A DNA stretch of 51,578 bases from Candidatus Micrarchaeota archaeon (GCA_043799765.1 JAZDNL010000080.1:1-51578); one strand, 5' to 3'; counted from the first letter of the stretch, positions 29,297 through 38,524 are shown. Translations and numbers: made by a program. Notes: generated by a model from the sequence alone, not told the origin.

Positions 29297-31633
29297 ATGA
29301 AAAAGGCGTCTGTCCTCGCCTTGCTTTTGCTAGCCATGCCTATTTGCGCGTGCGAGTTTCTGGACGTCTCCCTGCTGGACTCCGCCGACGTAGCCAAGGG
29401 GGTTGTCGCGGTTTACCCGATTACCCTCACAAATACGGGTTTGAACGACATGCTGGCGAAGCTGTCGGGGGACTGCCCTGCGGGATTGGAATGCACGCTC
29501 CAGCCCTCGCCTGCGTGGGCGACGCTTTATCCTACGCAGTCCAAGACGTTCACGCTTCTTGTTGACACCGCCGGCGCGACGCCGGGCAATTACGCGATTC
29601 CGATAGACATAACGATGGGCGCATCAACGCTTCCCTGCGAGCACGTCGAGATGCAGCTCACTGTTCAGCCGGAAACCGAGGCGGAGGTTCCGGCGTTCAA
29701 CGTTTCCATCTCCTCGAACGCCAACGTCACGGGCCTGCCGGGCGACGAGGTGGAATTCACCGTCACGATAACGAACAACCGCGACGGAACCGCTTATGCA
29801 TCGCTCGAACTCGTGGGTCCGTTCGCGGAAACGACCAGGTTCGCCGCATCGACGGTGACGCTGCAGCCGCATCAAACCAAGGAAATCATGGTTACGCTCC
29901 TCATCCCGCCCGGAACCCCCGGTAGCGTCTACCAGAACGCGGTGCTTGTGAAGGCGCTCGGCCCCGAGTGCTGCGAGAAGCAGTACGAATTCCCGCTTCA
30001 GGTGTGCGTGTTTGGAGCGCCGTTGCAGCTCGTCCTGCAGAACGAGCCGATCTACTGCATCCCCGTCCAGCACGGCAACTCGACGACGTGGGAGCTGATG
30101 GTGCGCAACGACGGCGACATCGAGGGTCCCTTTAATATCGAGGTTGACGGGCACCCCGACATGGTTTCCGTTTCGCCCTCTTTGCTTGAAGTGGCGAAGG
30201 GCGACCGCCGTCCAGTGACGCTCACGATAAACGCGCCTACAACCACGATTCTCGACCTCTACTATTACTCGCTCAAGGTGAAGTACCTCGACTGGACTGT
30301 TTTCCTGAAACCGTACTGCTTCGACGTGCAGGCGAAGGTGGATTTCGAGGTTGAGAAGGACGCGTCCTACGACGTAGTGCGCTGCGTGATGCAGAGCATC
30401 CCGCTGAAGGTGCGCAACACCGGCTCCATCGCGGAGGGCTATGAAATCGAGGTGCAGCCTCCCTATGGCATGCTCGTCGTTCCCACGCCGCGTTCGTTCT
30501 CCCTCGGTCCCGGCGAGTCCAAGGACGTCCAGCTCGTCGTGACGACGTCGCTTTACAAGACGCCGCTCGGACCTAACCACATTCCGATTGTCGTGCGCAC
30601 GTCGCGGATCGCGAAGGCGTTCGACATCCCGATCACGCTTGTTTCGAGCAACCGCACCGGCGAGTCCTACCTTACGATTATTCCCAAGGAGCTCGGCGCC
30701 GCGCCCGGGCAGCAGTCCTCGGACACGATATCCGTGACGAACACGAAGAACACGACGCTCTTTGAAACCTCGCTGACTATCGAGGGCATACCCCCTGCGT
30801 GGTATTCCGTTTCTCCGAACCCGCAGAACATCGACCCGAAGAAAACCGTTTCCTTCGGCGTTGAATTCAATCCGCCGGCAGAGGCGGAGCCTGGAAAATA
30901 CAACGTGAATATAACGGCGGCGGCACTGGGCGGGGAAAGCGTCAAGGTCGCCACCGTGTTCTCGCTGGAGGCTGAACCCCCGTCGATGTCGATGGCGGTT
31001 TCCGACGCGGGCTATTACGGCTCCGACGAATCGAAGGAAATTGTAGTTTCCGTAACCGTACGCAACACCGGCGGCACGGCGCTGAGCAGCGTGCGCCCCG
31101 CGCTTTCGGGATTGCAGTTCGCTTCGAACCCGTCTTCGTTTGATTTGAAGCCTGGCGAATCCAAGACGATGATAGTGACCGTAAGCGGCGTCGATTCGAC
31201 CCGCGCGCCGTACCTTCCGCTTGCGGTGCAATCAGCAGACGGCACGCAATCAAACGCGGTGAACCTGCCGACCAAGAAGACGGTGGTCGAGAAGGCGGGC
31301 GGGGTGCCGTGGCTGGTTTACGCGGTTGTCGCGCTTATAGTGCTTCTGTTCGCGCTCGCGTTTTACGCGCGCAAGGAGCAGAGGGAGGAGATGGCGGAAG
31401 CGGGGCTGAAGCAGGAAGGCGAGATGCCCGCCGCCCCGCCTGTTGCCGAGTTCGGCGAGGAAACCGAGGGGCAGCGCGTGCTTCCCGAGTACGAAGGCGA
31501 GGAAGCGCCCGGATTCGAGGCTGACGAGCTCGCCATACACGAGCCGCCGCTGCCGCGCGCAAAGAAGAGGCGCGTCGTCGTGAAGAAAAAAGCCGTGCGC
31601 CGCGTCGTTGTCAAGAAGAAAAAGAAGCGCTGA
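29297..31633 (+). CDS. 778-aa surface protein with repeated Ig-like (CARDB/NEW3-like) beta modules, a single C-terminal TM and a charged cytoplasmic tail
   Basis: Signal peptide. Recurring motifs of the type ...V.V.NTG.....; TM is VPWLVYAVVALIVLLFALAFYA. Acidic stretch, then KKRRVVVKKKAVRRVVVKKKKKR. Confidence 0.8.
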   Translation: MKKASVLALLLLAMPICACEFLDVSLLDSADVAKGVVAVYPITLTNTGLNDMLAKLSGDCPAGLECTLQPSPAWATLYPTQSKTFTLLVDTAGATPGNYAIPIDITMGASTLPCEHVEMQLTVQPETEAEVPAFNVSISSNANVTGLPGDEVEFTVTITNNRDGTAYASLELVGPFAETTRFAASTVTLQPHQTKEIMVTLLIPPGTPGSVYQNAVLVKALGPECCEKQYEFPLQVCVFGAPLQLVLQNEPIYCIPVQHGNSTTWELMVRNDGDIEGPFNIEVDGHPDMVSVSPSLLEVAKGDRRPVTLTINAPTTTILDLYYYSLKVKYLDWTVFLKPYCFDVQAKVDFEVEKDASYDVVRCVMQSIPLKVRNTGSIAEGYEIEVQPPYGMLVVPTPRSFSLGPGESKDVQLVVTTSLYKTPLGPNHIPIVVRTSRIAKAFDIPITLVSSNRTGESYLTIIPKELGAAPGQQSSDTISVTNTKNTTLFETSLTIEGIPPAWYSVSPNPQNIDPKKTVSFGVEFNPPAEAEPGKYNVNITAAALGGESVKVATVFSLEAEPPSMSMAVSDAGYYGSDESKEIVVSVTVRNTGGTALSSVRPALSGLQFASNPSSFDLKPGESKTMIVTVSGVDSTRAPYLPLAVQSADGTQSNAVNLPTKKTVVEKAGGVPWLVYAVVALIVLLFALAFYARKEQREEMAEAGLKQEGEMPAAPPVAEFGEETEGQRVLPEYEGEEAPGFEADELAIHEPPLPRAKKRRVVVKKKAVRRVVVKKKKKR

Positions 31634-31801
31634 TTATCTGAGGCACGCGGGCGTTTCGTTGCGCCCTTTGTGGAATCTCACGCACTCGCAGCAGATTCCG
31701 TGGCGCTCGCATTCCGTGTGTTTGCACGGGCAGGTTTTCTCGTTTTCCCCTTGTTTGACGCATCCCGCGGATGCGTCATGCAGGGCGCGCCACTCCGTCA
31801 T
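31634..31801 (-). CDS. Small Cys-rich (putative metal-binding) protein, 55 aa
   Basis: CVKQGENEKTCPCKHTECERHGICCECVRFHKGRNETPACL. The ATG overlaps the upstream stop (ATGA at 31798-31801). It resembles the CxC...C.RxG.CCEC..xH...P.C small-protein family as I recall it. Confidence 0.5.
   Translation of the reverse strand: MTEWRALHDASAGCVKQGENEKTCPCKHTECERHGICCECVRFHKGRNETPACLR
31757..31777 (-). repeat. Hairpin element copy 3 (GACGCATCC-CGC-GGATGCGTC, followed by ATG on plus; reads ATGACGCAT on minus), inside the small Cys-rich ORF
   Basis: 9-bp perfect stem with a 3-nt loop. Confidence 0.7.
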
Positions 31802-32310
31802 TCTTCCTGCGCCTTCTTGAGTATCTCCTTGCCGCGCTCGGCGCGCCACTTCATGCGATCCCGGAATTTCTTCAGCTCGTCGCCGGTCATCGTCTTCTCG
31901 AGGACGTACTGCGCGTATTCATGCGCGGTTGCGGAGGCGTCGAGTATCAGCGACTGCGCCTCGTCCATCTTCAGCGTAATCTCGCGCGGCTTCTGGATTT
32001 CAACCGCAATCGGGCTGTACTTGAACGCGAGGTTGAGGAGCGCGCTCAGGTTGTTGCCCAGCACCTTCACCTCGGCAATCGTGCTCCATTTTCCCTCTTT
32101 TTCCATCGGGGGCTCGATTTCGCCCTTGCAGTAGAGTATTCCGCGCTCGTTCGTCATCCTTCCGATAAAATCCACCATGACGCCGCTCACCTCATCCTGC
32201 GAGGAGCCGTGGGCGTCGAAGTGATACAGCGCGAGAACCGCGCCCTTCCTGCACGCCTCGTCGAAAAGCCTTTCGAGGTCCTGCTCGGAAGCTTCCTTGA
32301 ATTTGTCCAT
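31798..32310 (-). CDS. Hypothetical cytoplasmic protein (170 aa)
   Basis: Well-balanced composition. TATA (minus TTTTTAAAC) lies about 25 nt upstream. No family recognised. Confidence 0.65.
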   Translation of the reverse strand: MDKFKEASEQDLERLFDEACRKGAVLALYHFDAHGSSQDEVSGVMVDFIGRMTNERGILYCKGEIEPPMEKEGKWSTIAEVKVLGNNLSALLNLAFKYSPIAVEIQKPREITLKMDEAQSLILDASATAHEYAQYVLEKTMTGDELKKFRDRMKWRAERGKEILKKAQEE

Positions 32311-32356
32311 ATCCGATAAATAGGGCGCGGGTGTTTAAAAACAACAAGGCTTATTA

Positions 32357-34084
32357 ATGGGGTTCGCGGAAAACCTTTCTTTGTTTTCGGGAGGCGATGG
32401 CGTGGGGAAAAAAGAGCTTGCGGCTGTCGGGAAGAAGACGACGGAGCACGAATTCTACGCGTCCACGCTGAAGGGCTATAAGCCGGGAAAAACGAAATAC
32501 GTAGTCATCACCGGCAGCGTGATTTCCGGCCTGGGCAAGGGCGTGTTCTCGGCGGTGCTCGCGAAGCTTCTGCAGGATCGCGGCTTGAAAGTCTCGCCGA
32601 TGAAATTCGACGGATATCTCAACGTGGACGCGGGGACGCTGAACCCCTACAGGCACGGCGAAGTGTTCGTTTTGGACGACGGGACCGAGTGCGACATGGA
32701 CCTCGGGACATACGAGCGCTTCCTAGACAGCCACCTGAGCGCCGACAACTACATCACCGCGGGCAAGCTCTTCTCGCAGATCCTGAAGAGGGAGCGCGAG
32801 GGCAAGTACCTGGGGCGCGACGTCATGTTCGTCCCGCACGTCACGGGTTTCATCAAGGATTTCGTCCGCACGCTCGGCGTGAAAACAAAGTCGGACGTCG
32901 TGCTCGTCGAGGTCGGCGGGACGGTCGGCGACATAGAGAACAGCTATTTCATAGAGGCGATGCGCGAGCTTTCCTACGAAGAGGGCGCGGGGAACGTCTG
33001 CTACGTGAACGTCACGTATATCCTGAAGCCGGGCACGCTAGGCGAGCAGAAAAGCAAGGCGGCGCAGTTCGGAATACGCGCGCTGATGTCGCAGGGGATC
33101 CAGCCGCACATCATCGCCTGCAGGGCGAGCGAGCCAGTTGCGGAAAAGGTGCGCGAAAAGGTGAGCATCGCTTCCAACGTTCCGCTGGAGCGCGTCGTCT
33201 CCTTCCCCGACGTGGACACGATTTACGCGGTCCCCCAGATGTTCAAGGACTCGAAGCTGGACGGCGCGGTGATGGAAATCCTCGGGCTTAAGGGGAAAGC
33301 GCCTCGCGACGGATGGAACGCGTTCGTCCGGCGCATTAGGCACCCCAGGAAGACGGTGCGCGTCGGCATCACGGGGAAATACACGGGCTTGCACGATTCA
33401 TACGCAAGCATCCTGCACTCGCTCGAGCACGCGGGCGCCGCGAACGACGCGCGCGTGCACGTCGAGTGGATAGAGACGAGTGAGATTACGGATAAGAACG
33501 CGGCGTCGCGCCTGAAGGGGCTGGACGGCATCATCGTCCCGGGCGGGTTCGGCTCGCGAGGATGGGAAGGAAAGATCGCGTGCTCGAAGCACGCGCGCGA
33601 ACACGACCTTCCTTACCTAGGATTGTGCCTCGGATTCCAGACCGCGGTGGTCGACGTAGCTAGGCATGTCTGCGGCCTGAAAAACGCCGATTCAACGGAA
33701 ATGGAGCCAAAAACTGCCCACCCCGTCATCGAGCTGCTTCCGCAGCAGCTGGACGTCGAGGGACTGGGCGGAAACATGCGCCTCGGCGCGAGGACCGTTG
33801 AGATAACGAAGGGTTCGTTCGCCTGCAAGCTCTACGGCGGGGCGACGCGCACGAAGGAGCGCTTCCGGCACCGCTATGAATGCAACCCCGATTACGTGAA
33901 GCAGCTGCAGGAGGCGGGGCTCGTGTTCTCGGGATGCGACACGCACCACACGGTGATGCAGATACTCGAATACCCGAAGAACAGGTTCTTCATGGGCTCG
34001 CAGTTCCATCCCGAATTCCTGTCGCGTCCAATGAAGCCGCACCCGCTTTTCAACGGATTCATCGCAGCGTGCGTGAGAAAATGA
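32357..34084 (+). CDS. pyrG: CTP synthase
   Basis: KYVVITGSVISGLGKG synthase domain and GATase domain (GLCLGFQ, FMGSQFHPEF). The conserved core begins about 45 codons after ATG 32357. GTG 32402, preceded by GGGAGG, is an alternative start. Confidence 0.93.
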   Translation: MGFAENLSLFSGGDGVGKKELAAVGKKTTEHEFYASTLKGYKPGKTKYVVITGSVISGLGKGVFSAVLAKLLQDRGLKVSPMKFDGYLNVDAGTLNPYRHGEVFVLDDGTECDMDLGTYERFLDSHLSADNYITAGKLFSQILKREREGKYLGRDVMFVPHVTGFIKDFVRTLGVKTKSDVVLVEVGGTVGDIENSYFIEAMRELSYEEGAGNVCYVNVTYILKPGTLGEQKSKAAQFGIRALMSQGIQPHIIACRASEPVAEKVREKVSIASNVPLERVVSFPDVDTIYAVPQMFKDSKLDGAVMEILGLKGKAPRDGWNAFVRRIRHPRKTVRVGITGKYTGLHDSYASILHSLEHAGAANDARVHVEWIETSEITDKNAASRLKGLDGIIVPGGFGSRGWEGKIACSKHAREHDLPYLGLCLGFQTAVVDVARHVCGLKNADSTEMEPKTAHPVIELLPQQLDVEGLGGNMRLGARTVEITKGSFACKLYGGATRTKERFRHRYECNPDYVKQLQEAGLVFSGCDTHHTVMQILEYPKNRFFMGSQFHPEFLSRPMKPHPLFNGFIAACVRK

Positions 34085-34779
34085 GCGTTTCGCTTGACGG
34101 CAACATCGTGCTTTTCGGAGGGCGCAGGATAATGCCGACGTCGGTGCGCAAGCTCGGCGACATGAAGCCGGTGCTGATGGAGCCGAAGGAGGCGGACGCC
34201 GCGCCTGGCAGGATACAATACTATATGTACCGCGCCCTGACGAGGGATGCCGACGAGGGCGTTTTCAGCTCTTCAGGGCTCCGATACGACGTGACGGTCA
34301 TCCCTCCGCTGCCCATAGGCCGCGAATTCAACAAAACAGTCGGGCACTACCACGCCGATGCGTCGCCGGGACTTTCGTTCGCGGAAGTTTATGAGGTGAT
34401 TGCTGGGGAGGCGCACTACCTGCTGCAGTCGCGCGATTTGGCGCAGTGCGTTCTCGTGCGCGCGAAGGCGGGCGACCAGGTCGTCGTGCCGCCTAATTTC
34501 GGGCACGTTACGATAAACCCGTCGGCTTCGGAAACGCTCGTGATGGCGAACGTAGTCGGCACGTTCCAGAGCGACTACTCGCTTTACGAAAAAATGCGCG
34601 GCGCGGCGTACTACGAAACTACGGACAAGCGCCTGATGCCGAACCCCGAGTACGGGGAGGGGAAAAAGCACCTTCGCCTTGAAAACGCGAAGCGCCTTTA
34701 CGAAAAGCCGCTTTACGAGGCGTTCACGGCGCAGCCGCAGCGTTTCTCCTTCCTGCGCGACCCCACGCTTTTTAAATAA
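34081..34779 (+). CDS. pgiA: Cupin-type glucose-6-phosphate isomerase
   Basis: TVGHYHA......FAEVYEVIAGEAHYLLQ ... VVVPPNFGHVTINP matches the cupin PGI metal-binding motif known from Thermococcales. The ATG overlaps the pyrG stop (ATGA). Confidence 0.78.
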   Translation: MSVSLDGNIVLFGGRRIMPTSVRKLGDMKPVLMEPKEADAAPGRIQYYMYRALTRDADEGVFSSSGLRYDVTVIPPLPIGREFNKTVGHYHADASPGLSFAEVYEVIAGEAHYLLQSRDLAQCVLVRAKAGDQVVVPPNFGHVTINPSASETLVMANVVGTFQSDYSLYEKMRGAAYYETTDKRLMPNPEYGEGKKHLRLENAKRLYEKPLYEAFTAQPQRFSFLRDPTLFK

Positions 34780-34797
34780 GCGGCGGATAATCGTTTC

Positions 34798-35949
34798 ATG
34801 CGCCGGCTGCTGTTTGCGTTCCTGCTGTTCGCCCCGATGATATGCGCGGTTCCGGGGTGCAACGATTTCGTCATAGCCGCCGACTCGCGAGGCACCTTCA
34901 TCCCGTTTTCCATCACCGAGGAGGGCAGGTACGACGCCGTGCGCTTCGTTTCCGTGTTCGACAACGCATTCGGTACGCAGCACGGGGAAGTCCTCGTTAT
35001 AGCGAACAACATCGCGGGCACGCAGGTCGCAGAGGGCACGATATTCCTTCCGCTCACGACCCTCTACTCGGCGAGCCTTTTCGACTACGCCGCCAAGCAG
35101 AAGAACAACACGGTGGCGTACTTCTGCGACGGCGTCCAGACGGACACGTGGACAATCGACTTCCTCCCGTCGTTCTCCGTCACGACGAACGCCACCATCT
35201 CCGGCAAGTTCCTGAAGGTGACGTCGCCGAAGCCGTACGCGTTCGCATTCGACTACAACAGGAGCGTGGCGAGCACGTTCTACGTCCTCGCCGCCGCATC
35301 CGAAGGCAGGACCGCGGGCACCGTGTTCTTTGAAACCGGGCCGGGAGTGTTCGAGCAGGCGAGGATGAGGGGCGTGGTTTACGTCGCGTGCTGCACGAAC
35401 CAGTGCGAGGACGCCAACCGCAGGTGCTCGTCGAAGGTGATTACCACCGACGATTTCTGCGCCGGCGCGACGACGCTCATGGACTACAGCTGCGTCAACG
35501 ACGCCTGCGTTCCCAAGGAAACGGAGTGCGCGTTCGGCTGCGACATAAACGGCTGCCTTCCGGGCAACCCGTACTGCAGCGATTCCGACAGGGGCGCGCT
35601 GATATTCAACAAGGGGTACGCCGAAGGGGTTGACGACACGTACACGCGCTTCAACGAAACCGACGCGTGCGTAAGCGACTACAAGCTCAGGGAATACGAT
35701 TGCATGGGGCACAACCTCTCGTCGGCTGATTTCGACTGCTTCTACGGCTGCTACGACGGCGCGTGCATGCGCCCGCCGAAACCGACCGTGGTGTCGCCGG
35801 CCGTGGGCACGCCCACTCCTGTTATTCCCGAGGCGCCGAGAACCGTCGAGGACAACACCGCGCTGCAGGTTGCGGGCGCAATCGCGCTGCTGGCGATAGT
35901 GCTCGCGCTTGGTTATGCGGACTTCGCCAAGAAGAAGGAAAAGAAGTAG
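34798..35949 (+). CDS. Secreted Cys-rich surface protein with C-terminal TM anchor
   Basis: Signal peptide (LLFAFLLFAPMICAVPGC), repeated C-x-C modules in the second half, a Pro-rich linker and TM ALQVAGAIALLAIVLALGYA plus a KKKEKK tail. Confidence 0.7.
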   Translation: MRRLLFAFLLFAPMICAVPGCNDFVIAADSRGTFIPFSITEEGRYDAVRFVSVFDNAFGTQHGEVLVIANNIAGTQVAEGTIFLPLTTLYSASLFDYAAKQKNNTVAYFCDGVQTDTWTIDFLPSFSVTTNATISGKFLKVTSPKPYAFAFDYNRSVASTFYVLAAASEGRTAGTVFFETGPGVFEQARMRGVVYVACCTNQCEDANRRCSSKVITTDDFCAGATTLMDYSCVNDACVPKETECAFGCDINGCLPGNPYCSDSDRGALIFNKGYAEGVDDTYTRFNETDACVSDYKLREYDCMGHNLSSADFDCFYGCYDGACMRPPKPTVVSPAVGTPTPVIPEAPRTVEDNTALQVAGAIALLAIVLALGYADFAKKKEKK

Positions 35950-35952
35950 GCA

Positions 35953-36600
35953 TCACGCCTTTTTGACTTTTTTCCAGTCGTCGAGGAAGCGCTGTATCCC
36001 CTTGTCCGTCAGGGGATGTCCGAGGCACTGCTTGAGAACGGGGAATGGAATAGTCGCAACGTGCGCCCCTGCTTTTGCGGATTCAAGCACGTGCTCGGGC
36101 TTGCGGATGCTCGCCGCGATTATCTCCGTCTTGTAGCCGTAGTTCCTGTAAATCTGCACGGCGTCGCGTACGGGCTGCATCCCGTCCTCGCCGATGTCGT
36201 CGAGGCGTCCGATGAAGATGCTGGCATAGGTCGCGCCTGCCTTCGCGGCGAGCAACGCCTGGTTCGCGGTGAAGACGAGCGTCACGTTGGTTTTGATGCC
36301 CCTGTTCTTCAGTTCCCCGGCCGCCTTCAATCCCTCCGCAGTCATCGGGATTTTGATTATGACGTTCGGCGCCACCTTGGAAAGGGGAAGCGCCTCCTCC
36401 ACCATGCCCTTCGCGTCTTCCGCAACCACTTCCGCGCTCACGGGCCCCTTGGTAAGCGAGCAAATCTCCTTCAGTATCGGGAGGAACGGCTTTCCTTCCC
36501 TCGCGGCAAGCGTAGGGTTGGTGGTTACGCCGTCAACTACGCCCCATGAAACCGCTTCCCTGATTTCGGCGACGTTCGCCGTGTCGACGAAAATTTTCAT
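35953..36600 (-). CDS. tal: Transaldolase / fructose-6-phosphate aldolase (short, type 3B)
   Basis: [29 protein letters not shown] (Schiff-base Lys) and [31 protein letters not shown]. Confidence 0.9.
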   Translation of the reverse strand: MKIFVDTANVAEIREAVSWGVVDGVTTNPTLAAREGKPFLPILKEICSLTKGPVSAEVVAEDAKGMVEEALPLSKVAPNVIIKIPMTAEGLKAAGELKNRGIKTNVTLVFTANQALLAAKAGATYASIFIGRLDDIGEDGMQPVRDAVQIYRNYGYKTEIIAASIRKPEHVLESAKAGAHVATIPFPVLKQCLGHPLTDKGIQRFLDDWKKVKKA

Positions 36601-36617
36601 GCTTTTCCTTCGTCGGC

Positions 36618-36628
36618 AATATTAATAT
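36618..36628. promoter_or_regulatory. Shared near-palindromic TATA (AATATTAATAT) between tal and purA
   Basis: About 23 nt from ATG 36600 (minus) and about 27 nt from ATG 36650 (plus). Confidence 0.5.
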
Positions 36629-36649
36629 GCGTTTCTTCCTTATCCGTTC

Positions 36650-37951
36650 ATGGCATGTGTTATAGTCGTAGGCGCGCAGTGGGGCGACGAGGGAAAAGGG
36701 AAGGTAGTCGATTACTACGCCGAGCAGGCGGACGCAGTTGTTCGATACAGCGGCGGAAGCAACGCCGGGCACACGGTAATCGCGGGAAAAAAGAAGGCGA
36801 AGCTGCACCTGCTTCCGTCGGGAATACTGCACGGAAAGCGCGTCTTCGTGGGCGCGGGAATTGTCCTCGACCCCAAGACGCTTCTCGAGGAAATCGCCGA
36901 GATTGAAAAGCAGGACATTCCCGTCAAGCTCGTGCTCAGCGAGAGGGCGCACGTCGTTCTTCCGATTCACCGCGAACTCGACGAGCTTCAGGAAAAGGCG
37001 AAGGGCAAGCTTGCGGCAGGCACCACCAAGCGCGGAATCGGGCCGTGCTTCTCGGACAAGGCGGCGCGCTTCGGCATACGCGTCGCGGAACTCATCGACG
37101 AAAAAGCACTGAAGGAGCGGCTGAAGACGCTTTACGAACTGAAGCAGAAGGAAGTGGAGTGCGTTTACGGTGGCAAGTCCAAGTCGTCCTTCGACGCGGT
37201 TTACAAGGAATACGCCGAATACGGCAGGCTTCTGAAAAAATACGTCGGCGATGTGTCGCTCGAGGTCAACCGAATGCTCGACGACGGCGAGTCGGTTCTG
37301 CTCGAAGGAACGCAGGGTGCGATGCTCGACATAGACCACGGATTGTATCCTTTCGGCTCCTCTTCCTCCGTAATAGCGGGAGGCGCGTGCTCGGGCACCG
37401 GCGTGGGGCCGACGCGCATCACCGACGTCGTTGGCGTGGTGAAGGCGTACACGTCGCGCGTAGGTGAAGGCCCGGTTCCTACTGAACTGACCGATGCGCT
37501 TGCGGACAAGATACGCGAGAGCGGCGGAGAATACGGCACCACAACTGGGCGCCCCCGCCGCATCGGCTGGATTGACTGCGTCACGCTCAGGCATGCAATC
37601 CGCGTCAACGGCATCACCAAAATCGCGCTTACAAAAGCGGACGTGCTCGGAGGGCTCAAGGAGGTTAAAATCTGCACCTCTTACGAGCTGGACGGGAAGA
37701 AAATCGAGGAGACGCCCCCTGCCTCAATTGCCCAGTTCTCGGCGTGCAAGCCCGCCTACGAGGCGATGAAGTGCTGGCCCTCCATGCCTGAGAAGGAATG
37801 GCGGCGGGCGTGTGCAGCGGGCACCGATGCGCTCCCCCTGGAGTTCAGGGCGTATCTCCTCCGCATCGCGGAACTGGCTCGCCGTCCCATTGCACTGGTC
37901 TCGCTGGGGCCGGACCGCGCCGACACCCTGGAACTGAAACGCGTCTTTTAA
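36650..37951 (+). CDS. purA: Adenylosuccinate synthetase
   Basis: GAQWGDEGKGK P-loop, GGSNAGHTV, TTKRGIGP and GTTTGRPRR. Confidence 0.93.
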   Translation: MACVIVVGAQWGDEGKGKVVDYYAEQADAVVRYSGGSNAGHTVIAGKKKAKLHLLPSGILHGKRVFVGAGIVLDPKTLLEEIAEIEKQDIPVKLVLSERAHVVLPIHRELDELQEKAKGKLAAGTTKRGIGPCFSDKAARFGIRVAELIDEKALKERLKTLYELKQKEVECVYGGKSKSSFDAVYKEYAEYGRLLKKYVGDVSLEVNRMLDDGESVLLEGTQGAMLDIDHGLYPFGSSSSVIAGGACSGTGVGPTRITDVVGVVKAYTSRVGEGPVPTELTDALADKIRESGGEYGTTTGRPRRIGWIDCVTLRHAIRVNGITKIALTKADVLGGLKEVKICTSYELDGKKIEETPPASIAQFSACKPAYEAMKCWPSMPEKEWRRACAAGTDALPLEFRAYLLRIAELARRPIALVSLGPDRADTLELKRVF

Positions 37952-38098
37952 CCAGGTTCCAAGGCAGGGGAAGCCCCCTTTCGGGTGATTTATAAACCCC
38001 TTTTCCCTAATTATTCCAGTTGGATGCCCATAAAGCGTACGGTGCGCTCCCTCGCGGGAACGGGCTGAAAGCGCGGGCATCCCTGGACGTGAAAGAGA

Positions 38099-38260
38099 AT
38101 GGCATATGACGACGACCGCGGCCCGAGGCAGTCCTACAAGGCGACTTGCTCGGAGTGCGGACAGGAGTGCGAGGTTCCCTTCAAGCCGACCGAAGGACGC
38201 CCCGTGTACTGCAACGAGTGCTTCAAGAAGCACAGGAAGCCGAGAAACGACAGATACTAG
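38099..38260 (+). CDS. 53-aa zinc-ribbon protein (CxxC-x18-CxxC)
   Basis: MAYDDDRGPRQSYKATCSECGQECEVPFKPTEGRPVYCNECFKKHRKPRNDRY. The VPFxP...RPVYCxxC pattern recurs in small Zn-ribbon proteins. Below the ORF-track cut-off, hand translated. Confidence 0.6.
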   Translation: MAYDDDRGPRQSYKATCSECGQECEVPFKPTEGRPVYCNECFKKHRKPRNDRY

Positions 38261-38293
38261 ATTTCTGCTTCTAGGCTAAAAAACAGTAGCAGT

Positions 38294-38521
38294 TTACTTT
38301 TTCTTTTTATTTTTTCTGCGAGCTTCAGCGCCAGCATTCTTGGGCATCGCCAGCCTGATTATGACCGCGGCGGCGGCTCCGATGAGCGAGAGCGGACCGA
38401 ACAATACAAACAGCGCCACGATTAGCGCCACTAAAAACAAAAGGGTGCGCGGTTCAGCCAAAAGAAAGAATGGGACGGCGAACCCCGCGCATATCGAAAG
38501 AATCTGATAGACGTCAACCAT
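38294..38521 (-). CDS. Small two-TM membrane protein with a Lys-rich tail (75 aa)
   Basis: Starts 3 nt after the thermosome stop. Hydrophobic segments and a RRKNKKKK C-terminus. Confidence 0.5.
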   Translation of the reverse strand: MVDVYQILSICAGFAVPFFLLAEPRTLLFLVALIVALFVLFGPLSLIGAAAAVIIRLAMPKNAGAEARRKNKKKK

Positions 38522-38524
38522 AGC

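Noticed and set aside
32357-32491. 45-residue N-terminal extension of CTP synthase as a novel domain
   Set aside because: It is more likely a start-codon ambiguity. The nearest TATA-like boxes sit awkwardly for ATG 32357. GTG 32402 is preceded by GGGAGG at a suitable distance. The extension shows no recognisable motif.
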